IMG/VR virus record: IMGVR_UViG_3300044796_000657
Coordinates: 1-64,000 of that record
DNA length: 64,000 bases
Reading direction: 5' to 3' (one strand)
In this document: in pieces, positions 56,301 through 64,000 of the stretch
Layout: each line of letters begins with the position of its first letter
Numbering within the stretch: position 1 is the first letter of the stretch
Position numbers and translations under genes: made by a program
The notes under the pieces: model-generated
Told to the model about the DNA's origin: nothing
The model's database searches: none
What the model saw: only the letters and a program-made list of their open reading frames with translations

Positions 56301-59094
56301 TGTCGTTGATACGTAAAGCGAATTCTTCGGTCATGGTGTGAGAGGGCTGCACAGTGAAGTCTTTATTCTTCACAGCAAGCCAACGCAGGGTGATGATCCT
56401 TTTGTCTTTGTCTTCAAAAGCAAAATCATCCACATTGTTAGCAGATTTGATGCGGTAGCCTTTGTAGTTCGCTTGCCAATTGGGCTTGTTGTAGACATAA
56501 TCAATAATTTCGGTGATTTGTGCTGGACTTGGATGCGGTTCAACTGCCACGACATAGTCTTTTTGATGAATATCTAACATGAATTCGTTGGTCATGTTGT
56601 CAATGTTAACATCAAGCCAATTGGGGATATTGACGCCATCCTTGGATACTGTGAAGTTGGTGACTCTGCTGGCGTGCCAATCCCAATTTGTTTTGATGGG
56701 CTTCTTGGTTTTTAGGTCAACGCTACCGTGTTCAGAAATTTCATAATGATGATCTTCAATGAATTGATAGCGTTTGGGAGGAGAGATTGCACGCCCCAAA
56801 TCAACAGTGTATGTGACTTTGTATGCTTTATTGGCGGCAAAGGCCAAGACCTTATAGGCTTGTGGCATGGTCATTCTATACAATAATAAGTTTTGATTTT
56901 CCCAATTAAGTTTCTCACCATTAGTGGTAGTCACATCAAATTTGTCAACGAAAGCCGCCGACCAATTGAACTCTTCTTTGTTGGCAAGATCGGTTGTATT
57001 TTCAGATTCGGCTAACTTGTAACCATTAGTCAGCGACCAAATCACACCCTTAAGTTTATTTGTGTATGTGACTTTGTATTGTTTGTGAGCTGCAAACCAT
57101 TTGATGACGGCAACTTGTTCGGCTGTGCAGAGTTTGGAAGCATCAGGCACTACGACTGACTTGGGTGTAATGATGAAATCCTTTATGTTATGATCAACAA
57201 ACGACTTAGCTTGTTGCTCAAAGCTCATGTAAAAGAGCCACTTTCCAGCTTCCTCCTTATTGGCGGTAATGATGTACTCCCCGATAGAAATGACACAAAC
57301 CTTGCAAGTAGTCACGTAGTGTTGATGAATGTTTGTTCCTGTGACGAGAGCCGTTTCTTTGTATTTGACCGTATCCCCTTTTTCGAGGGCTGCGTAGATC
57401 GATGTGATGAATTCGTTACGCATGTTGGGCGTTATCACGAAATCATTCATGTCAATCTCATTGAAGAATATCGCAGCAGACCGTGTTGTGATGTAGAAAT
57501 GTGATTCGTAGGCGCCGTCGGTGTAAATACTTGCGACAAGGTTGTTTGCACCTTGATAACTTACCACCTGCTTGTTCTTGATAGCAGCTTTGAGGCTTTC
57601 AGGGGTGTGGATAGATTTTGCGAAATGTTGAGGTGCGTGCTTTGGCGTATCGCTTTCAGAGGTGGGTTTTGCGAAATCACTTACATCAACATCCTTGAAG
57701 AAATATCTGCTTTTCATTACATCAAAGTGATAATTGCCCCAAGGATGATAAATCCCCAAATCAGCAATCTGAACGGGCAGAGTCGCAACTCCGACGATTC
57801 GACTGCGTTTGTATTGTGTGATTTCATTTTTGCTGATTTTCAGAATGAGATCCTTCAATTCGGTTTGTCGTTGCGTGAAGACATTCTTGTCTGTCACAAT
57901 GACATCTTTTTCATTTATTGTGGTACAGCATGTCCACTTGCCGTCTATGACGAAAAATGGCTTTCCGTCTTCTTCTGATATATTGTTAACTAAAACGCCC
58001 TTATAGGTGATTATGGACTGTTCAGCAGTTGGTTGAGCTTGAAATTGTTTGTAAAGTTTGACTGACCAATGTTCTTGTAGTGTGAAATCATTTATGTCAA
58101 CATCGCTAAAGAACGTAGCAATGTGTTGACTTGCGTGCTTTGGCGTATCATGAAAGAATGGCTGTCTATCATCGAGATAAATGCTGTATACAGTTTTGTC
58201 TTTGTATTTGATGATATGAGTTTCCAAAGCCTTTTTGAGACTTGCTGGAGTATGTCCTGATTTGTTTTCTGTGATCGTGAAATCCTTCATGTTAACATCG
58301 TTGAAAAACAACGTATACATTTCACTTCTGTAACCGAAAAACGAATTGCCATTACCCGGAATGGTAATGCTGGCAACGGGTCTGCCCTTGTATTGAACAA
58401 GGTGGTTGCCTTCCATTGCCGCCTTGAGGCCTTCAGGAGTGTGCGTGGATTGTTGTGGTAATGGGCGTTCTGTCCATTCAAAATCTCTGTATTGCTTGTT
58501 TGTCCATTCAATCCAACGACCGCCACATTGGAAACTATTGACACCTGCTCCCGTGACTTCTACGCCTAGATAAGTCGTCTTCCAAGTCGTGTACTTCTCG
58601 GATACGAATTTGATGATGTTGTCGATTTGTAATCCGGTTATGCATGGCGGATTAGAGAAGTCAACATAGTTAACATTCGCCCAATGATACGTGGTTTGAT
58701 TATCGCACGAAAATCTGTCATCGTCACTGTTATCATCATCGCTATTGATTTGGGAGATACGTTGTTTCTTATAAAACACTTCGCTGCCCGATTTGAAGCG
58801 GGCAATGATTTCAGCAATTTGCTCTTTGGTCATAGGTGGTTGGCCATTGACCCAGTCGATGGGTTGATCTTTTTTATCAAACACGGCGAAATGAGAAATT
58901 GATTGTCCAACACCAGCTTGGTGACCACCAGAACTGGAAGGGTATGATGAAATATAAAAAGTACCTATTTGATTTGCGTTGGCATTTCGTTTAAAACGAA
59001 GAACGGTTGAGCCACGAAAGAAAACTTTGTATTTGGAACTACTGCAGAAGTCGTAAAGTTTGTTGAAGAGAGCAAGCGTGATGATGTTGGACAC
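53308..59094 (-). CDS. Large tandem-module repeat protein (~1928 aa)
   Basis: AAGGA SD + GTG 59094; repeated MT(E/D)EFA..YKG..IEDY and FAANK.Y.VTYTN..W.W..VD.F.V.KDGVNIDW units. Confidence 0.9.
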   Translation of the reverse strand: MSNIITLALFNKLYDFCSSSKYKVFFRGSTVLRFKRNANANQIGTFYISSYPSSSGGHQAGVGQSISHFAVFDKKDQPIDWVNGQPPMTKEQIAEIIARFKSGSEVFYKKQRISQINSDDDNSDDDRFSCDNQTTYHWANVNYVDFSNPPCITGLQIDNIIKFVSEKYTTWKTTYLGVEVTGAGVNSFQCGGRWIEWTNKQYRDFEWTERPLPQQSTHTPEGLKAAMEGNHLVQYKGRPVASITIPGNGNSFFGYRSEMYTLFFNDVNMKDFTITENKSGHTPASLKKALETHIIKYKDKTVYSIYLDDRQPFFHDTPKHASQHIATFFSDVDINDFTLQEHWSVKLYKQFQAQPTAEQSIITYKGVLVNNISEEDGKPFFVIDGKWTCCTTINEKDVIVTDKNVFTQRQTELKDLILKISKNEITQYKRSRIVGVATLPVQIADLGIYHPWGNYHFDVMKSRYFFKDVDVSDFAKPTSESDTPKHAPQHFAKSIHTPESLKAAIKNKQVVSYQGANNLVASIYTDGAYESHFYITTRSAAIFFNEIDMNDFVITPNMRNEFITSIYAALEKGDTVKYKETALVTGTNIHQHYVTTCKVCVISIGEYIITANKEEAGKWLFYMSFEQQAKSFVDHNIKDFIITPKSVVVPDASKLCTAEQVAVIKWFAAHKQYKVTYTNKLKGVIWSLTNGYKLAESENTTDLANKEEFNWSAAFVDKFDVTTTNGEKLNWENQNLLLYRMTMPQAYKVLAFAANKAYKVTYTVDLGRAISPPKRYQFIEDHHYEISEHGSVDLKTKKPIKTNWDWHASRVTNFTVSKDGVNIPNWLDVNIDNMTNEFMLDIHQKDYVVAVEPHPSPAQITEIIDYVYNKPNWQANYKGYRIKSANNVDDFAFEDKDKRIITLRWLAVKNKDFTVQPSHTMTEEFALRINDTFTKCNMLYKGKRICGVSLLGKASDTVMEKIQINTVGVADFVQVKYTNIEDYTMPEGLLVSLEQIAKIKLFAANRVYEVTYTNPQVSNKLPTVPHFVTNGFKRESLNNHIDIAKTTWDWKISYVDNFKVTKDGVVIDWLNTEPEPTYNMTDEFANKIIFACRNMKCPRYKNEQIAYFAGLSNNLSVIEATEFVLVGKQYSPISILYTNMEDYEIFEPTYTMTEEFASRIHKIFTKCEMLYKGKRICALRPQGTVMEMLINTVDVGDAIEVRYTNIEDYTMPAVGEVVTAEQITKIRLLAANKVYEVTYTNPQMGNTLASAPYFLTSGFKRASVHTHIDLAKTSWGWSGCYVDNFKVTKDGVNIDWLDWLNTLPEPTYNMTDEFANKVALACRNSEYPKYQGNIISHFIGLNGDLEVVRGKGVGFVFAGKHTLIHNTNIEDYELKALTRITPEQIEKIKLFAANKAYQVSYNIQGTVTIYSLGNGYRSNKTQFPSGTSFMDLAKDHWNWESCYTEQFKVVKDGVNIDWQTAKATNMTEALAKQIFDAHWDHKEVKYKGIGLTGFNKGKGEVMSQVTYYYGFESPRKEILISEANIEDFTIEEEKKATQKSFNMTEEFAQKLFKANVCTVKYQGKQVTAMLRNVGDSKQSLIQHMTITVADDKYHTIVNVKETRIEDYIWPRIVVTMAQVEKLKLFAAHKHYRVTYTNDDKVKVWQFTNGYPHPINSAYNKDLADAAIMNCFNWKECYLDNFEVKEGDVNIDWQTTHPVIYFKVGVQVLENQIKYIKAFEGKVLYKNQEVTSMSGLFFYSTDANTPIYWNSTKYEDFAFIPKINISDEQIRFLIDGLKNHHTQIRYKGQQIFCYASSIDGSFTMASGPVVGCFWWKNVNFSDFSIKDTTPTITTSDNANVCSSTKSAEEIGFAYENFLRTFAHRRKWDTGDIGSIIAKIREAKFYGDNNEQDVHFIATANGWLWAKIGTEKLEEEIANLIKALEVEVAN

Positions 59095-59322
59095 GGTAGA
59101 TTCCTTGTGGATGTTAACGGTAGATTGTGGATGTCGCCAACCAATGTAACAGGGAAGATCCATTGGCATGACTGGTTCTCAAAATATAAGGAGGTCTTGG
59201 ATGGAACAGAAAAAGAAGCCACCTCGCATGAAAACCATAAAGCGGTTCCCCGATGGATACGCTTTACATTCGTGGGTTTCTTCCGTCAGTATGTCATAGT
59301 AAATGGCGTTCATGGCAATCCT

Positions 59323-59535
59323 TTACATGAGAACAACGGTTAGTATTACACTTGCCACATATGTCAGTAATCCGCATGTGTAAACCACTCTGCGAATCCA
59401 CCAACGATCACTCCGAGACACATCCTTCGTTATGAGATTGAAAGCGATCAAATCCACAATCGCAAAAATAATTGTGAGGATCAGGAAAACAATTAAGATT
59501 GCGCCGACAAAATCCGGGGAGGAGATTTTGGACAT
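59323..59535 (-). CDS. Two-TM membrane protein
   Basis: AAGGA SD; two hydrophobic helices. Confidence 0.75.
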   Translation of the reverse strand: MSKISSPDFVGAILIVFLILTIIFAIVDLIAFNLITKDVSRSDRWWIRRVVYTCGLLTYVASVILTVVLM

Positions 59536-59919
59536 TTCAACATCCTTTTAGGGATTAGAAGCCCTTGTCTTCCCGTTACTTGAGGCAAATGGCAACAATG
59601 AAAGCAATGGCAAGGGCAAACTTCCACATTGCTGCAACGAAGTGGAGAGGGTTGTAGTGTTTGGCCGTCGATGAATAGTGAAAACTCACCAGTCCGCTCA
59701 CGAAAAAGTGAACAACAGCAATAATCAACATGATCTGGACAAAAGTATTCATCGGAGCCTCATGATGTTAAGTCTTAGGATGTGCCAAACAATTAAGGCG
59801 CATACCATTGTTTTGAAAGTCCAAGACAACGCAGACTCGATAGTAAATGCGGCTTTGCCCCACGGCAGGATGATTGCCAACAATGCCAGTATTGCAAGAA
59901 TGCTGTTCATTGTTAACCC

Positions 59920-60150
59920 TTACTTGATTGCCTTTTTGAGTTTGCCAGTGATGCTGATGCGGCGGTAGATGCCATGTTTGTGTTGGCACTGCTCGCAACC
60001 GCAATCGTTGCATTTCAGGCAAACGTAAATTTGTTTATTGTTACGCTGTGTCATTTCGCCGTAGCACTTTTCACACCACAAACGATCAGGCCAGAAGAAG
60101 CCCATCCACAACGAAACCACACGCTTGTAAACCTTAATAAACTTTTCCAT
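59920..60150 (-). CDS. Cys-rich hypothetical protein
   Basis: CEKC, CLKCNDCGCEQC. Confidence 0.65.
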   Translation of the reverse strand: MEKFIKVYKRVVSLWMGFFWPDRLWCEKCYGEMTQRNNKQIYVCLKCNDCGCEQCQHKHGIYRRISITGKLKKAIK

Positions 60151-60174
60151 GACCAAACCCTCAGTGTGGGCTAG

Positions 60175-60203
60175 ATCGTATCATATTCCATTCTTTTTGT
60201 CAA
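60175..60203 (-). promoter_or_regulatory. Sigma70-type promoter
   Basis: TTGACA-17-TACGAT on the - strand. Confidence 0.7.
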
Positions 60204-60215
60204 GCAAAAAATGTG

Positions 60216-60560
60216 TTATTTTTCTTCTTTTGTAAGGCGATTGTATTCGTCTGATATTGAACGGAGATCACCATGAATTTCCTTGCTTAAATTACGTCGC
60301 ATGTCATCTTCGATTGACCACGCCATTTCTAGGATTTTGGCAAGCGTTCCGAGTTGTAAAGATGTGAGAGTGTGTTCCTCAATGCCGATACGATGGGCGT
60401 TGTCGATGCCGTACAGGAAGCCACCAACGGCACTAACCGAACGACATTTTGCGTCGTAGTGAAGCCGTGAGCGTTCCATGAGGAAGTCGATTTCCTCTTG
60501 GGTGAATTCAATGATGATTTTAACTTCGTAGTCAAATTCTTTCGTTTTCATATAGCCCAT
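60216..60560 (-). CDS. Hypothetical protein
   Basis: 114 aa, overlaps the upstream stop. Confidence 0.75.
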   Translation of the reverse strand: MGYMKTKEFDYEVKIIIEFTQEEIDFLMERSRLHYDAKCRSVSAVGGFLYGIDNAHRIGIEEHTLTSLQLGTLAKILEMAWSIEDDMRRNLSKEIHGDLRSISDEYNRLTKEEK

Positions 60561-61177
60561 ATTTCTTCGGTGGTAGGAGTGCGGCCTAATTCAACAATCA
60601 ATGCCTTTTGGAGGTTTTCCAATCGTTCTGTTTCAATGACAATCTGCGCCCCATTGCGACCTTCGGTGACATTTTCCAAGTCTAGTTCAGCACCACGCAA
60701 GTCGCCGAAGATTTCAGCATCGGCTCTTTTAACTTTCTTCGGAATGGGTGCGGTGGCAGCTTGATCGGCCTTTAGGATGGCATTTTTAACCAAATCCAAA
60801 GGTGCCCGGTAAATTTTGCCGTTTTCTGCTGATACTTCAATTACGTTCTTTTCGCCCTTCGGCAAGATGCCAGTGATGATTGCTTTGATAATTTTACGAC
60901 CAACTCTGATTTCAATGGTCTTACGAAAGTCTTCCAATCGCAAGCCGAAAAGTTCATGGTATTTGTGAAATGCGGTTTCGCTTGGCGAAGTCGTCGGGGC
61001 TTTGTCAGTGCCGAAATCGACTTCAATGGTCGTGCGAAGACTTTTGGCTGAATAACGAATGGTGCCGAAGCGAATGTTAATTTTCAGTTCGGCATTGAGA
61101 GGAGCCAAAACGGCCTTGATCCGGTCTGAAACCTTTTTGGCTTGGCTTTCGTTCCATTTGTCTGCTTTGGTACTCAT
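60548..61177 (-). CDS. Hypothetical protein
   Basis: GGAG SD; 209 aa. Confidence 0.8.
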   Translation of the reverse strand: MSTKADKWNESQAKKVSDRIKAVLAPLNAELKINIRFGTIRYSAKSLRTTIEVDFGTDKAPTTSPSETAFHKYHELFGLRLEDFRKTIEIRVGRKIIKAIITGILPKGEKNVIEVSAENGKIYRAPLDLVKNAILKADQAATAPIPKKVKRADAEIFGDLRGAELDLENVTEGRNGAQIVIETERLENLQKALIVELGRTPTTEEIWAI

Positions 61178-61398
61178 ACAATCTCCAATAGATGTTGGAT
61201 CATTTGGTCGGCAGTTACCGGCTTTGCCTTACTCCCACACGAACAACACAGAGAGCATTCTTCGCAGTTAAGGCAAGCCCCGGTTGCTTTCTTGTTCTGT
61301 TTGTGGCCGTATTGTTTGCCACAACCGGGACAAGCAGTATCCTCTTTCGGCAAACCGTGTGATGAAATATCAAGGCCAGTAAGATTATCCTTTGCCAT
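61174..61398 (-). CDS. Zinc-binding hypothetical protein
   Basis: CPGC, CLNCEECSLCCSC. Confidence 0.75.
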   Translation of the reverse strand: MAKDNLTGLDISSHGLPKEDTACPGCGKQYGHKQNKKATGACLNCEECSLCCSCGSKAKPVTADQMIQHLLEIV

Positions 61399-61430
61399 GA
61401 CACTCCCCTATTACCTTTTAGGGTGTATGG

Positions 61431-62297
61431 TCACCAACCATTGATATAAGGCAAAAACGGATAGTAAACACGTACATTGACATGATTACTTTTCATGATG
61501 CGTAGAATGTCTTCCATTCTCATTGCCTTGAAAATCGCATCAGCCATCCATACGGGACAATTAGCCCACAATTCATAAGTTCCATCACCACTATTGCGAA
61601 GACTGCCATTAGTCTCATACGGAACAAAACGAAGTTCGGCAGTGAAGCCCAAACTGGTAAGTGTTGTATGGTGTGGTGTCAATGCGCCACGGGCATACTT
61701 TCCCGCTCCATACCCTTGCGATGAATAAGAATACGTTGAGGATGTGTCAAGCAGTTGAGGTTCACCGCCAACAATCGGCGTTACTTGTTTGGCAAGCGAC
61801 CACAATAAATCCTCACGTTCTTTCTTTTGTTTGGCAAGTTGAGCATCGTATTCACTGATCTTGTACTTGGTTAACAATCTATTCTTCAACGCTTCAATGA
61901 AAGCATCGTCCAGAGGATCAAGGTTTTTCTTCTTGGGTTGACGACGCTTTTGCTCTTGTAATAGGAGTTGAGTGAATTCCTTCTGCGCCGTTTCTTTGGT
62001 TGTTTTGAAAGTGGCGTAAAATGTGCTTTTGAATGGGTCTTGCTCGTATGCTGCTTTGTATTGTTCGTTTGGTGTGCCTGATACACTCAACGTTAACAGC
62101 GGAGCAATTTCAATGGGCTTGACTGCTTTGACTTGCGGCTTAGTTGAAAGGAGATCGTAATTGCAGAAATCACAGATGATCGTGCCTTCAGGGATGCGAT
62201 TGAGGCATCCGGGGCATTCGTCCATTGTGAAATCGTAACCACATTGGCATACTTCGCCTTGCGGTCGTGCTTTACATTGTGGACAAGTAGTAATCAT
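61431..62297 (-). CDS. Protein with N-terminal double zinc ribbon
   Basis: CPQC..CQCG..CPGC..CDFC; TGA stop inside the site. Confidence 0.8.
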   Translation of the reverse strand: MITTCPQCKARPQGEVCQCGYDFTMDECPGCLNRIPEGTIICDFCNYDLLSTKPQVKAVKPIEIAPLLTLSVSGTPNEQYKAAYEQDPFKSTFYATFKTTKETAQKEFTQLLLQEQKRRQPKKKNLDPLDDAFIEALKNRLLTKYKISEYDAQLAKQKKEREDLLWSLAKQVTPIVGGEPQLLDTSSTYSYSSQGYGAGKYARGALTPHHTTLTSLGFTAELRFVPYETNGSLRNSGDGTYELWANCPVWMADAIFKAMRMEDILRIMKSNHVNVRVYYPFLPYINGW

Positions 62298-62315
62298 ACC
62301 AATAGGGATGTATGG

Positions 62316-62681
62316 TCACAGACCGCCCGACTTCTTGAGAACACGCCCGTTAACGGCATTGCCAATTTTTTGCTGTGAAACTTTGATTTTAGGCAGTTTG
62401 CGTTTACCAGCCCACTTCAGCATTGTAGGCGTCAAGATAATCGTTGCGTTTGGATCTTTTGAACCAATCGTAATGATACTAGCGTAGAAGCTCACCCTTG
62501 CCTCAGTGTTGGCCAATCGCATGATCTTCTCAATGATTGCTGTGGTTTCGGCTTCATTGAGTTTGGGGAATGTATCACCACGCTGAAATGCCGGAATCAA
62601 ATCAATGATTCCTTGTCTTGTCGCAACAGCTTGAGCAGCCCTAGCAGGATCGCTCAAGTCGTTTAGTTCTGGGAATGGCAT
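62316..62681 (-). CDS. Cassette ORFan
   Basis: AAGGAG SD; TGA stop inside the site. Confidence 0.8.
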   Translation of the reverse strand: MPFPELNDLSDPARAAQAVATRQGIIDLIPAFQRGDTFPKLNEAETTAIIEKIMRLANTEARVSFYASIITIGSKDPNATIILTPTMLKWAGKRKLPKIKVSQQKIGNAVNGRVLKKSGGL

Positions 62682-62915
62682 GTTAACTCTCCTTTTGAAC
62701 ATTCTCAAACAAAGTACGGAGAACCATAGAGACTTCGCTGTTTTCGCAATCGTTAGCAATGTCGTCAAATCCAAGTTGTAGATCAGGCTCATCGTATTGG
62801 TATGCAAAATTGAGAATTCGCATAACAGTACCGAGAGCCAACAACTAGCTTTTCAGGCGTTCATGATCAACGGTAGCAAATAACTGTTTAAGAGGCTTGC
62901 GTGTACTTGTCATGA

Positions 62916-63128
62916 TTATCTCATACATTGGAAGGGAACGGCAGTGACGTTGATGCTGATGTCATCTGATTTGATGGGGCAAATGACATCACTTGCGATT
63001 TTTTTGGCATGGTCTGCATTCTGAATGCCTTGGACGCCAGAGTTAAGGTAAAACGTAGGCACTTGATGCGTCAAATCGCCTTTTGCTGTGTGATGAACAA
63101 CAGTGGCATCAATGGCATATAGTAGCAT
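62916..63128 (-). CDS. Cassette ORFan
   Basis: AGGGAG SD + ATG 63128. Confidence 0.75.
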   Translation of the reverse strand: MLLYAIDATVVHHTAKGDLTHQVPTFYLNSGVQGIQNADHAKKIASDVICPIKSDDISINVTAVPFQCMR

Positions 63129-63165
63129 GACGTTCTCCCTTATAACCATGTGGGTGTATGGTCAC

Positions 63166-63513
63166 TCATATCATGGGATCAAAGGCAAGGAAAGTGTTAA
63201 ACTTAGGCCATTGTAAATGAGTTGCTAAGTCTTTGTTTTTATTGGCCCACTTGGTATTACAAGCGTAACAAGCCATAACAGTGTTAGGTCGTTCTATAAA
63301 AAGTTCTATATCATCAAATAGAACCCAAACACCATCAAGTGCCCCACCCTTACTAACAGGTCGTATATGTTCAACTGTTGCCATATAATCAGGAAATTGT
63401 ATCCCTTGAGGCTGCGGTTGCGGCAACTCCGTTAAACCAAAACACCAGAAGCATGTTCCCATTTGCTTGAAGAACAAATTATCCAATACCTCTCGCTTTC
63501 TCTTGCTTCCCAC
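63166..63513 (-). CDS. HNH endonuclease
   Basis: CFWC...ATVEHIRPVSKGG...N.V.AC..CN; TGA abuts the site. Confidence 0.85.
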   Translation of the reverse strand: MGSKRKREVLDNLFFKQMGTCFWCFGLTELPQPQPQGIQFPDYMATVEHIRPVSKGGALDGVWVLFDDIELFIERPNTVMACYACNTKWANKNKDLATHLQWPKFNTFLAFDPMI

Positions 63514-63657
63514 GACAGTTTCCTATTTTAATTCAACATCAATTTTACATGATGTTAAGGTTACCACGGAATGGTATTCGGCTTTGACTCGTATTTGCTT
63601 GTGCTGACATCCTGCAAGCAACAAGATAAGCATCCATGCTTTCATTTGAACCTTTCG

Positions 63658-63927
63658 TTAGTTGATGCCAAGTGCGTGATAATTGGCCCGCACATCGGCC
63701 ATATGGTTTCGGTAAATGTTTGTGTGATTCGGCAACACGCTGACCAGATCATTACGGTGAACTTGAAACAGTTGGGGATACTGCCGAGGGTTGATACCGT
63801 ATTTCACCTTAACCTCTTCAACAGTGAGGTATCCCGGCGATGGCATCCAAGCAGTCTTGCAAACAACCTCCAGAATGATCGCTTCACGACTTCCGGGTTC
63901 AGGAATTTGGCTGAATGCTGCTGCCAT
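63658..63927 (-). CDS. Cassette ORFan
   Basis: GAGGGG SD directly after the 63958 site. Confidence 0.7.
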   Translation of the reverse strand: MAAAFSQIPEPGSREAIILEVVCKTAWMPSPGYLTVEEVKVKYGINPRQYPQLFQVHRNDLVSVLPNHTNIYRNHMADVRANYHALGIN

Positions 63928-64000
63928 GATAAAGCCCCTCGTTGTTAACCATAAGGGTGTATGGTCACGTTATAGTTCAGGGGAAAATTCACAGATGTTG

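Larger units (their letters stand above)
28702..63968 (-). repeat. Dispersed GTGACCATACA site, minus-oriented copies (54 exact)
   Basis: TGTATGGTCAC on + starting at 28702, 32020, 32072, 32112, 32152, 32279, 32354, 32670, 32901, 33325, 33578, 33853, 34327, 34605, 34863, 34970, 35140, 35377, 35645, 35956, 36692, 37098, 37310, 37615, 38247, 38464, 38880, 39423, 39928, 40235, 40344, 40429, 40866, 41295, 41506, 43092, 43141, 43217, 43542, 44181, 44576, 45532, 45878, 45973, 46193, 46961, 49208, 49998, 50309, 52008, 61424, 62309, 63155, 63958; one 1-mismatch copy at 43698 (manual count). Confidence 0.95.

Noticed and set aside
53308-59094. Diversity-generating retroelement TR/VR pair within the repeat protein
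   Set aside because: No reverse transcriptase in the window, and differences between the duplicated blocks include indels and do not appear confined to adenines.
369-63948. Numerous overlapping opposite-strand or alternate-frame ORFs in the track
   Set aside because: They are shadows of better-supported genes and lack SD sequences or operon context.
32354-63968. Classical integron with attC sites
   Set aside because: No RYYYAAC/GTTRRRY core pair or 55-140-bp attC hairpin at most junctions, and no IntI gene in the window. Kept only as an analogy.
1-64000. Alternative genetic code (TGA or TAG recoded)
   Set aside because: Genes tile densely under code 11, with ATGA/GTGA overlaps, and all three stops terminate genes.

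Overview
This 64-kb window looks like the accessory or early region of a large (jumbo-type) phage or a similar large mobile element. It holds about 130 mostly short ORFans, two tRNA genes (Lys-UUU, Arg-UCU), a HAD-type deoxyribonucleotidase, a MazG-like protein, a SAM methyltransferase, two HNH nucleases, a UvrD-like helicase and a ParB-like protein, and no bacterial housekeeping genes. Genes run mainly on + from 351 to 28097 and on - from 28198 to the end, so the two arms converge at about 28.1 kb. The dominant unexplained structure is an 11-bp site, GTGACCATACA, which I counted by hand in at least 68 exact copies (about 0.03 expected by chance). It punctuates an array of tiny unrelated genes, usually supplies or abuts the upstream stop codon, extends into a pseudo-palindrome, and also forms inverted pairs and iteron-like clusters; three copies lie upstream of the ParB-like gene. 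Other notable structures are a 12-gene translationally coupled MNLNK paralog array (constant helix plus variable SH3/KOW-like domain), a ~1930-aa protein built from ~23 tandem modules, a tandem family of membrane-anchored paralogs, and a second 17-bp intergenic motif. All functional calls come from motif recognition by eye; no database searches were run. Host and element type are inferred, not shown.
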